From positions 2,483,175 through 2,547,174 of the forward strand of contig CM082589.2 of NCBI GenBank assembly GCA_040954595.2: DNA of 64,000 nt. Direction: 5' to 3'. This document shows positions 49,490 to 60,860 of this stretch, piece by piece. Position 1 is the first letter of the stretch. The number at the start of each line of letters is the position of its first letter. The position numbers and the translations under genes are program-made. Origin of the DNA: Balanoglossus misakiensis. Lineage: Eukaryota > Animalia > Hemichordata. A model generated the notes under the pieces. The model ran no database searches. It had not been told where the DNA came from and was given only the letters and a program-made list of their open reading frames with translations.

Positions 49490-52339
49490 GCTTATAAAAT
49501 GGCGTCAACCAACCATAACCATACTCATCTAATCACAATTTTTGTGCATTTTTGCTGCACCTGAAATAAAATTATACGCCATTTTGGTCGATAAGGACTG
49601 TTGAACTTTACAACAGAACAGGGCGGGAGCATTAACACGTAAACATAGTCAATGATTTATCGCAAAGGTCTGGGACTAATTGGAGAAATGAAATAACAAC
49701 ACGTTCTTGTAAATATATAACGATGCAGATGGGGGTGGGGGGGTGATGTTAGTCTAATGTAACTTCGTCGCCGCGAATTTGAAGATAGAAGGCCCGCAAC
49801 ATTACAAACTAGTGTTCCGAATAAACCATTAAATTTTGATTGGTATCAAAATCACTTAAGTCCCGAATCCAGAATACATGAATGCTTCAGAAAAATCTGT
49901 CTATAAATCATTGCTAACTGCCAATATTTTAAAGTCATATATCCAAACTTATATTGGAATCTATGTATCAGACGGCTAGTATAGTCCTTGTCAACATGAC
50001 AAAGACTATACTGTACAGCCATAGGCATATCTACATTACTTGTTTGTCTGATTCTAAATGTACACCAGGTCGAAGTGTAGATTTAGTAACGAGCTTATTC
50101 GCCGACAAAGTTTATCAACTTGTGGCGTACTGGGCAGGTCGCCAGCTTTGGCTCCAGAAGTCGATAAATTGGTGGGTCTCTCCTTATGTCTAAGGTATTA
50201 TCAATAAATGTTAGCAGACACTAGTACGCGTTGCTTTATAACTTTATCAGTGAGACATGTCCTGACACAAAAATGCATAGCTGAACTGCCAGTCTGCCGG
50301 TTGGCAACAGTGGAACTTGTATTAGACTAGGGGAGTAGGTTAAAATGGGCCACAATTTGAAACGGGGAGAGGTGTGGCGCAGAATTGTCTGTGTTCACAC
50401 AGACCTGTACGCAGAGCTATAAGCAATGTAATAGTTGCTTTGGCTTGTAAGTAGATGAGGAGTGTTCATTTTGTTTGGCAAATGAACTCCAACTTCGAGG
50501 TTGGCGCCATTTTTAACGTTGGAAATAACTTTCGTCTATTCATCTAATTACTGGCACAGGTCGCAGCGCCCGAGCCTGCAGTATGCGCAGATTTACGGCA
50601 CGCCGAAGCCTTGACACTCGGGAAAGATTTTCTACCTTTGCTCTAATATCTGGGGTAGTTCGTCCTGTCATTGTTGTGTAGATTAGGTAAAGGTAACTAT
50701 ATTAAAATGTTGTGTGTTTAGATAAAAAGTGAAAATAAATAAACTCAGAATCTCCAAGTTAAAGGGGCGCGTGTAAGTCTTCGAAGTTTGTTGGAACACT
50801 TCTTCATAGTAACAGAGTGAATATGGGGACCGGACCGGGCAGTGGTCGGGGAGTCGATGCGTTCTCAAAGCGCCACCAATGTCTATTCCAAAGTATGCGG
50901 TATGCAGTAGAGTATGCGTTGAAAATCTAATAATGTGGTCAGAAACCGCACGACACTGAAATGTCCAATTACTCCACGGGAAGTCACTCTTGACCCAGTA
51001 GTGGAAAAACCGACCGTGTGTGCAACTTAAGAATTTCACAGCTGAAATCAAGTTCACCAACGTCGAGTCATTCATAGAAGGATACGAGAGAGATGAGACT
51101 GGAATTTCACTTCGCTTTTGTCACCGTTATTCTGTTGTTTCTCGTCCTTTTAGGTGAGTACAATAGAATTTCGTTGGGTATATTAGGAGAGTAAAATATT
51201 TGGCAAGAAGCATAAATTTCAAGCAATATTTCATAACTTTTTCCGCGCACATTTACAGGGTGGGTGTAGTCCCGTCTGCGGATATGCGTCCCCATACCAC
51301 ACAGTCGAGTGTCAAGTCAAACTATACAATGCGTTATTACTATTTATCACATTTCCAATTTACTTTGAAATGACATTTACATGTACGTTGACAGGGTCTC
51401 TCAATGCTGATGATGTGTTTATAAATGGAAAAGTCGCCCATGTGAAGTTCAGGCGACCATCTCCCTTTAAAGCGACCAGTCTGTCGTATCAGATCAAAAG
51501 TCACCAAGACTGCGCGTTTATTCCTTAGTAAACGCTCTGAGAAGTTACTCTTTTGATACATTCTGTTTTTTTGCGTTTGGTACATCAATCGGCACCAGTG
51601 CTAAAGAAAAACTGCATTAACACAAGCAAGCTTCTGAGTCATAACCTTCACACTGACTTCAATTAACTCACAAGTCAACATATGTTTTTGATGTCCTTAC
51701 ACTTCAGAAAGCACTGCCTTGGCCATTTGACTAAAAACAAAGTACTTAGAAAAATCTATCGGTGAGCATATCAAACAGTGATTACAAAATCATCTTGTCC
51801 TCGAACTTGAAAAGTCTCCAAGCATGAATTTAAATAAAACAAGAATATGTATGCAAATTTAACAAACTCCCGAAAAGATAATCATTCTTTCGCACAAACA
51901 GGAATTTTGTGTAACGCGGTCAGCATCAGTACAGTACCACGTTACTCAAATTAGGGTCACCACATCCACGGGAGATGGGCGTTTTATGTGAACTATAAAC
52001 TTGATTGAAATAGCTGACGACGGAGTAATTTCTGTCATGCAAGACGCACGAAAGTAACATAAATGCAACCACATTATAAAAAACAAAGGAATTATAATCT
52101 ATACCCCAAGTTCAAATCGCTGTCAGGCATGAAACGTTTCCCAGTTTGTGATTTATAGGAAGTGAATAACTCAGTCTTCAGTTTCATTGTTCCCTCGTGA
52201 GTTATTGTGGAACATTTTCACAATTTGACACCAGTTTCTATGCCTATTGTCCTTCATATTCATGACCCACTATTTGTGAAACTCTCACAATGTCTTTGAT
52301 TTTTGTCACTTTCAGGATACACAACTTTTGCTGCTGTGT

Positions 52340-55300
52340 TTATTGGGCAAACACTTTAATGCAGTCATTTTCATGGTCAACTACAGCCACTCTGCATGCC
52401 ACATCATTGGTCAGTGTGATACCAGCTGGCCACTCAAGTCCATCCTCATCACTGTCAATGCGAGATATGAATCTGCCTCTGCTGTCTAACTTCACCACGC
52501 GTTTGTTTCCTTTGTCACAGACATACACATATCCGTCTTTATCTGCCACTATTCCCCTTGGCCATTTCAGGCTGTCATCTGCGCTGATGTTTCCAAATGA
52601 GTATAAAAACTCACAGTCTGCACTGTAAACCTGAACACGGTAATTGTTCATATCTGATACAAATGCTTCTCCTCGACTGTTGATATCCACATATCCAGGT
52701 CCTTTGAATTCTCCCTCTTCAGTGCCATGCTTTCCAAAGGATTTGATGTGCTGACCTTGCTGTGTGTATTTCCTGACACAGTGACTACCTTCCTTGTCTG
52801 TGTCACCAGCCTTTCCATCCCAGTCTGTGACATACACACTGCCATCTAGAGGACTGATAGCAATTCCTTGGGCATATTTCAGTTCAGGTTTTCCGAAGTG
52901 CCTGAGTACTTGTCCATCCTCATCGCTTACAACTACTTGATTGTTGCCGTCATCTGTCATGAAGTATTCGTCATCAGCTGATACTGCCACTTTGTTTGGT
53001 AGAAAGGGCTTCTCAAACTGTGTGAACGTTAAACTTGATTTGTCATTTCCATCTCTGTCGGCTATGTATACCCTATTGTTACCCCAGTCAGCTGTAACAA
53101 AGTCGCCGTGTTTATTAGTAGTTATCCCTACTGGCCTTCTAAGCTGACCTTTGCCTATTACCTTCACCAAACCCTTGACAGAAATTACAAATGGTGATCC
53201 TGGTATCGGCTGATCACCAAGTGTTATGTTGACTTCATGTCTACCACCGACATCTGCGTGAATTCTCAGACTGTGTGTACCATCTCTGTTGTCAATAACT
53301 CCAATGTCTTTTTGTGACCCATCTTCTTTGCAGATCTTTGCTGTGATTGCTTTGTGTGGTGTGACTGGTTTCCCTCTTCTATCTTCGACTCTGACAATGA
53401 CGTCAGCAGACTCACCCCTGACGAGTCTTGTGGGAATATCCTCTACTCTACACTGGGATGCACTGATATCTAATGTCAGTAATCCCAGCATTCCATGCTG
53501 CAGAGGGTCAGCAGAAGGATGGAATTTGATTAACTCGGATTTTATGAACTGATTCACTTTATGAACAAATTCATGAATGTGAAGCAGAGTTTGTTTCTTT
53601 GATGACATTAGGTGAGCAGAACTCCCATCAATCACCAGTGCTTCCATGTAATCGCATGCCTTGGAAATATTTCCATGTTTTTCTTCCCAATCATCCACTT
53701 CAGTTTCGATGGTGTGTCTGATCATCTTGTATTCATCTTTCATCTCTTCAACCAGTCTGAACTCTTCCCTCTTCACCATTTTTATTATCTTCTTTGCTTT
53801 ATTTCTCACTTTCTCCTCTTCCTCTCGATGATGTACTTCCAGGTCATCTTTGATATCCTCACCTCCAGTGTCACGTGACATGACGGCCTTTTCAGTTCCT
53901 CTCAACTTCGCCACCATCTCTCTCAGTTGTTTTCTGTAATCATCAGCGACATCGTGTATCTGTCTGTGGACATGGTCAGGAATAGGATGTGCAGTGATAC
54001 ACTCAGGACAGATGCATAGTTGACAGCTATCACAAAACAGATTTACTTCATTCTGTGTGTGAACGCTGCAGTATGCTTGACTTTGTTGTGATTGCTGACT
54101 TGATATTTCTTTCAAATATTTGTCGAGTGTGACGTCACTCTGACCTTTGACTGCTTCAGTGTCCTCGTGGACAGTTATACAGGAAGAACAAAACTTGGCA
54201 TTGCACTCTCTGCATCCATGTAGCGATTCAGTTTCTTTGCAACCTTCACATTGACCTATTTCTAAATCTTCGGTTTTCTCTGTTTCTTTTGCAAAACTCG
54301 CCTTTAAAGAAAAAGTTGTGAAAAATATATATTATTAAACAATTTAAGGGAGTGGTATTCCTGATTAAAAATATTCATGACACTTTTTGGTATCATTGTC
54401 GAAGGATTAAACTTATGAAAAACGATCTCGAGAATCAAAGTATAATAAACACGTGACAAAAGCAGTATATTATATGCTGTATGTTATTAAAACAGTTTAC
54501 TTGAACATACATGTATAGTGATTTCAACCCGATGATGTTCACGTAATGTACACCAAACTTTATATTCCACTGGAAATGGTTATCTGGGTATTAAATGTTT
54601 ACTTACTGTTGAGGGCGCACCTTGTTTTGTTCTCTCACGAACTGCAATTTTTTCAGCTAGCTCTTTTTCAACCTGCAGTCGTTTGATCTCGGCTTGCTGC
54701 ATTGATTCTGTCAGCTTCAGATCAGCAATCTCTGCAGTGTAAATGTTGGCTTGCTTCTTGAGTTTCTCTAGCTGATCTTTGACTTCGTCTGTGTCTATGT
54801 CTAAGTCCTCAGTTTTGTGTGCTTCCTGTGCAATAATTGCCTATAAAGAAAAGATTGTGATATTTGTATTATTAAACAATTTAAAAGTATTCATGCCAAT
54901 AAAATGTTTCTCTTTTGTGGCAACACGCTTGAAAATTATTAAAGTAAATAATGTTTTTTCTATCGGTGAACACATTCACCAAAGTTTATCTCCTAATTGA
55001 GCACGGTGACCATATGATTTTTTGGACCAGTGAATTTAATTTCATGGGAAGAACTATGAGTATAACTTCATAAAAAGACAAAATAAGAAGCTTTCTGGCA
55101 TTTCTCAATTTAATCCCATTGGCTTACATATGACCGTCCCGTGTTTCGATTTTTCAATCAGACGATAAATATGTCTTTAAAAGCTTAAAAGTGTGCACCT
55201 ATACCTTAGCTTGGTGCCAAGTTTTACTTTTAAATCCGTGGCTATTTTACATACCGTCAGTCGATTGATTTCTTCTTCACATTCTGCCTTTGTGATTCGA

Positions 55301-58054
55301 AGATCCTTAATCACATTTTGGTCTGCAGCATGCTTCAATGCCACGAGTTTCACTACAGCTTTACTGTAATTTAGAGCCACCTACAAAATATACATAATAC
55401 ATGCACCCTTTTATCAGACATTGCTCATGTCAAGAATCAAGACTTGCAACAGGTTCGGATATTAATCGCTTGATTCTGTTGAGCGAAAAATTTCTTCCAC
55501 TCCATGGCGACACATCAGAGTCGAAATCGGTTGAACGGATGTAGGCCATGGTCTACATTAAGAATATGTCATTGTATGTATCGGTAAACTACATTTTGGT
55601 AAGTTGAGCGTCAAAGTGTAATTGATAAGTCTTTATAGACAGGTACATTACTACGATGGCATTCGGACTGGAGTCCATATTGTCATTAGTGAATAGTACT
55701 AGTCACAACCTAGGCGACTAAGGTCAACCTTATGACCCTGACAACCCATGAATGTTGATAACATATCGTTGGGTCAAAGGTGACTGTTGATATTCTGAAA
55801 CTGACTCACCTGCGTGTAGGGATCGTGGAATACCGAGTGGTCGAAAATATGCATTATAGAATTAAACATTGGTGAGGGGGGGGGGGGGGGGGGGGTCGTG
55901 AATCGTGTCAATTTACTTCGTGCACTTACCAGAGACATCGACACAAGTTTCATTTTCATATTTGCTGCATATTTGGAAGATGTCTCGTTGTCTGTTTTGA
56001 GTTCTTTGATTCTGTTCTGGTGCTCTGCTTTGAGTTCTTTGATTCTGTGTTGTGATGCCTGGAGAAGAGACCTTCTGCCGAATTCTGATATTTCATTTAT
56101 AGTCGGCCAGATTGTTGACATCAAGTTCAGTACATCGATACAAGGAAATCTCAGTGTGATGGACTGCAATCTTCTGTTTCTTGCGTTCTCTGTGTACACA
56201 CATAGCGATGTATTAGTCATAATAATGTTAAGCAACACGTTTGGCTCACGTGAAGTTTGGGCCTCTGTGGTTATATTTAATTCATTACAAGGCTGTCATC
56301 TTTAACGAGGCATATCTTACCATTTCTGTCAAGCATACATGAATAATATTGCTAGATGAGTTATGTATTAAACAGAACAGTGTCACTGACATGTTTGAAT
56401 GTTACAATAGTATTCAGCACTTCAGGAAAACACACCTTGCACGATCTTGGACAAACTCGCTATAATTTACAAGTCGATTCACTTGACGCTTAGTTTTGTC
56501 TGTTTGCGCTATATATATGTTTGACTCTAAGGAAAATAATGCAAAAGACGAATATCCTATTTTCAATTGCCCTTTACGACGGTTTAAGGCATCAAAAATA
56601 TCAGCAGAAAAGTTTAGGTCTATGGTATTTGTTTCCATGCACTTACCTTCAAAGTATTCCATGCCCCTTTCTAATTCAGCGTGGTCAACCAGTGCAGCTA
56701 TTTCTAACAGCCCCTCTCTTTTCACAAGCATCTTCATACTATTGGAAATAAGTATGTCGGAAAGCAGGCGCTCCAGATCACCACAGTCCAGCCCTTTTTT
56801 GAAACACTGTATGTTACTCCGACTGAAGGTTCGCAAAATCAGAATAACGGACGACATCTGGATACGTATTAACTTGGCTTGGTAACGGTCAAAGGCCTTG
56901 TCGAGTAATTTCGATTTGTCTGGATTATTGCCATTCTTAATTTCTTCCACCTCAACTTCAAATATCTTCTTCGCGGCTTCATATAAATGGGCTTCTATCT
57001 GTTGTTTTTGTTGGATTTGAAGTTCTAGCCGGAAATCTGTAAAAAAATACACAAAGGCGATTAAATTGTATAATCTGTTACTGGTATCACACTTCAAAAT
57101 ATTTGTTGAAAAAGTCTACTTTCTTCAACCAATAAGCAATCGGTATAAATAATGATACGTTCTAAAATATCGGATCCGGTCACGCTATCTCGGCTATTAA
57201 AGTTGATTTTCTAATGACTCAGCAAAAGTATACCATTGCCAGTGATGGAGGAAATGAATAGCATTCGTTTCGCACTGGCGGAAGCTGACAATGCATGGGG
57301 TCGTAAAGGGTTCAGGCAGTCAAATAGTGAAGTACGCTTTTCACTTTAATGGAACTGTCTGGGCTTCGCGAACCGGGCCAGCACACACAACAACATCGTC
57401 TATATGCACTCAGAACCACTTGATCATTAAAGGCGTTGGTCGTACGTGAATTAACGCCACCAAATGCACTTGCAAATTTAACCACAGTTACCTTGGAACT
57501 TACCCCAATAGGGACTAGCCTTGTCCATTTCTTGTCCAGGACGATCAGCATCACTGTAACGCCGTCGTTTCTCTACTAAAGAAAACAGAACATGCATTGT
57601 GATTAATTAAACATGTATTGAAAATGCATGAAAATATCCGTTTTCATTTTAAAAATAACGGCTGGAATTGTTCTTAAAAACGGAAAAAAAATATTCAGGA
57701 CAAACAACATGTACCCTGTGCTGGCCTCCAGTCAAAGGGTTATAAATAGAACTGTCACTCACCTACAGCTACCGCACCAGATTGAAAATTTTCAACTTTT
57801 TCCTTTAGCCGTGGACGCTTCAAATGATCCATTAATTCGATGACTAGTCCAAGATTAGTTGCAGATATATATCCACGTGTTTCCAAATGTACGAATAGGC
57901 TCATTGCAGTTTTCGTCTTCTCTGCGTCTTCTTCGCTTAACTGGCGACCGTAAAGTAGGAGTTTCATCGTAGATACTTCTTCGCCGCTAAGTTCGCTCTG
58001 TAATGCTAGAAAAAGTGACCTCAATGGGCAAACGTTGGTCACACTCACTTCCAT
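52340..58054 (-). CDS. DED - TRADD-N-like - TRIM-NHL chimera, copy 3, with divergent N-terminal exons
   Basis: Exons 57763-58054, 57504-57575, 56647-57036, 55930-56189, 55255-55380, 54607-54840 and 52340-54301. The DED exon reads MEVSVTNVCPLRSLFLALQSELSGEEVSTMKLLL...AMSLFVHLETRGYISATNLGLVIELMDHLKRPRLKEKV. Intron phases match copies 1 and 2. Confidence 0.83.
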
Positions 58055-60860
58055 GGTTAAATCGCTGTCTTCCAATCTTTAACTACACTATGGGAAAGCG
58101 ACAATTTCTATTTTTAGAGGGAATACGTTAAACATGCCCCGACACAAACGGCCGCCATTTTGTTTTCTGGTCTCTTTTACAGTTCAAAATAGTAGGACAA
58201 CAGCCCTGCGTGATTTATGGAACATGGTACATGCCTGGGGCCGGGGTAAACAGAAACATGGCGGCCATTCGTATCCTGCCAAATCGCGTTATAAAACTGG
58301 TTTGCTGTTTACACGTGTATACAGGGTGCCCAAACTCAAGTCCGTTAATCAGTCAAGTGCGTGTAACGCTGAAGGGCCTACATATAATGCGGCCCTGGAC
58401 CCGTTTTTACTATGACATCCATTTCACGGGTGTCATAATGCAAACCGAGTAAACATGAAGTCCAGCAGGGCGGTACAATAGTCGGGAGGAGTCGATGCGT
58501 TCTCAAAGCGCCACCAATGTCTATTCCAAAGTATGCGGTATGCAGTAGAGTATGCGTTGAAAATCTAATAATGTGGTCAGAAACCGCACGACACTGAAAT
58601 GTCCAATTACTCCACGGGAAGTCACTCTTGACCCAGTAGTGGAAAAAACAGACCGTGTGTGCAACTTGAGAATTTCACAGCTGAAATCAAGTTCACCAAC
58701 GTCATTCATAGAGGGATACAAAAGAGATGAGATTGGAATTTCACTTCGCTTTTGTCACCGTTATTCTGCTGTTTTCGATTCTTTTAGGTGAGTACATTAG
58801 GGTTTCGTTGGGCATATTAGGAGAGTAAAATATTTGGCGAAAAGCATAAATTTCAAAGAATATTTCATAACTTTTTCCGTGCACATTTACAGCCTGAGGG
58901 TGGGTGTGTTCCCGTCTGCGGGTATGCGTCCCATAAACACACAGTCGAGTGTCAAGTCAAACTATACAATGCGTTATTACTATTTATCACATTTCCAATT
59001 TACTTTGAAATAACATTTACATGAACGTTGACAGGGTCTCTCAATGCTGATGGTATGTTTAATGGAAAAGTCGCCCATTTGCAGTTCTGGCGACCATCTC
59101 CCTTTAAAGCGACCGGTCTGTCGTATCAGATCAAAAGTCACCAAGACTACGCGTTTACTCCTCAGTAAACGCTCTGAGAAGTTACTCTTTCGATACATTC
59201 TGTTTTTGCGTTTGGTACATCAATCGGCACAAGTGCTGAAGAAAAACTGCACAACACAAGCAAACTTCTGAGTCATGACCTTCACAACTTCAATTAAACA
59301 ACAGGTCAACATATGTTTTTGATGTCCTCACACTTCAGAAAGCACTGCCTTGGCCATTTGACTAAAAACAAAGTACTTAGAAAAATCTATCGGTGAGCAT
59401 ATCAAACAGTGATTACAAGATCATCTTGTCCTCGAACTTGAAAAGTCTTCAAGCATGAATTTAAATAAAACAAGAATCTGTATGCAAATTTAACAAACTC
59501 CCGAAAAGATTATCATTCTTTCGCACAAACAGGAATTTTGTGTAACACGGTCAGCATCAGTACAGTACCACGCTACTCGAATTAGGGTCACCACATCCAC
59601 GGGAGATGGGCCTTTTATGTGAACTATAAACTTGATTGAAATAGCTGACGAGGGAGCAATATATTTCTGTCATGCAAGACGCACGAAAGTAACATAAATG
59701 CAACCATCTTATAAAAACGAAGGAATTATAATCTATACCCCAAGTTCAAATCGCTGTCAGGAATGAGACGTTTCCCAGTTTGTGATTTATAGGAAGTTAA
59801 TAACTCAGTCTTCAGTTTCATTGTTCCCTTATCTCTAATTGGTATGAGTTCGGCGCCGCCTTTCACACGTTAGTCTAACGCATTCCAAGTTGTTCGCATA
59901 CCTCGAGAAATAAGTTTTAACGAGTACTCGCAAATGTAAGGCACGACGTTCAGCCACAGGAAAACGTGTGTAAGCTCACGAATTCCTGACGATCGCTTAA
60001 AGTTCAAGAATACTGGGATCCATGCCTTCGACCATTGACAATGATCATAACACCAAGTCCCTCCAAAACAGACCTACTAATTTGCTTGACAGAAGTTACC
60101 AGTCCATAACATTATCCACATACAAGTTCACTCGAAGTTGAAAAGCAAAAACACAGTGAAACACGATCGCATTCTGGTATTCGCAATTTCCCTCCAGATA
60201 TAGACGTAGTCATGCTTTCCGACATACCAGGTTCTCATTGCTACATACATACGTGTAGCCGTAATTTCACAGAATGTCCTCACGTTTACGACCGACAGCT
60301 GAAAGTCTTCCCCTAATTCTTTGCTATGTCACCCATTTGACAATTTGTTACGTACATGACTGTTACTCAAGTTGGTCTATACTAAGATATAATCAATATT
60401 CAAATGAAATACGTTAGTTCATGTGCTTCGAAAAATGGAGAGGTTTGTCGCGATTATTTTACTCCGGCAATATGTGACGTGAATGAACGTACAGAATCGT
60501 AACTTTATGTCTTTGCGACAGATGGTTTTGTATGACGCAGAAACCTGACCTCGAATCGACAGCGAGACATGTTTATTGGGAACTTCATAAATTTGTAGAC
60601 AAATGGCAAGGCCTTAGAAATGCTTATGTTGACTTTCTTCACACGAGATATCCCGCAGGGAGAAGCAATCTTGAACCGACTCCCTGAACTGAATGGTGAC
60701 CATGAACTTAAATTCTAGGTCATGTTTTCACAGTCTCAATATCAAGGTTGTTATTTTCATGAGGTCAGGTGGAATGTTGTGGTGGTGACGACGGCGATGA
60801 TGATGATTTGAACATATGCATGGTATGTGAATGAAAATCAACTTGCATTGTCTGGCAGCC

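Larger units (their letters stand above)
35962..59829. repeat. Head-to-tail tandem segmental array of three units (~7.8, ~8.5 and ~7.6 kb) starting at ~35962, ~43733 and ~52200
   Basis: Each unit starts with agttattgtggaacat. Exons, introns and spacers align. The array ends at ttcattgttccct (59829), just before the point where a fourth unit would start. Confidence 0.92.

Noticed and set aside
43889-54115. Apparent N-terminal truncation of NHL copies 2 and 3 (591 aa versus 655 aa)
   Set aside because: Artifact of alternative start-codon calling. The frame is open to the splice acceptors at 45850 and 54301, and exon length equals copy 1.
51340-59271. Repeated short ORFs in the spacer (51340-51588, 58980-59198 and neighbours)
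   Set aside because: They recur only because the spacer is duplicated. Lengths and frames differ between copies and no domain is recognisable.
35962-59829. Possibility that the repeated units are transposons (LTR, Helitron, Polinton) or a CRISPR-like array
   Set aside because: No transposase, RT, integrase or helicase motifs, no TIR/LTR/TSD at unit ends, and no short repeat-spacer periodicity. The units are spliced host genes.
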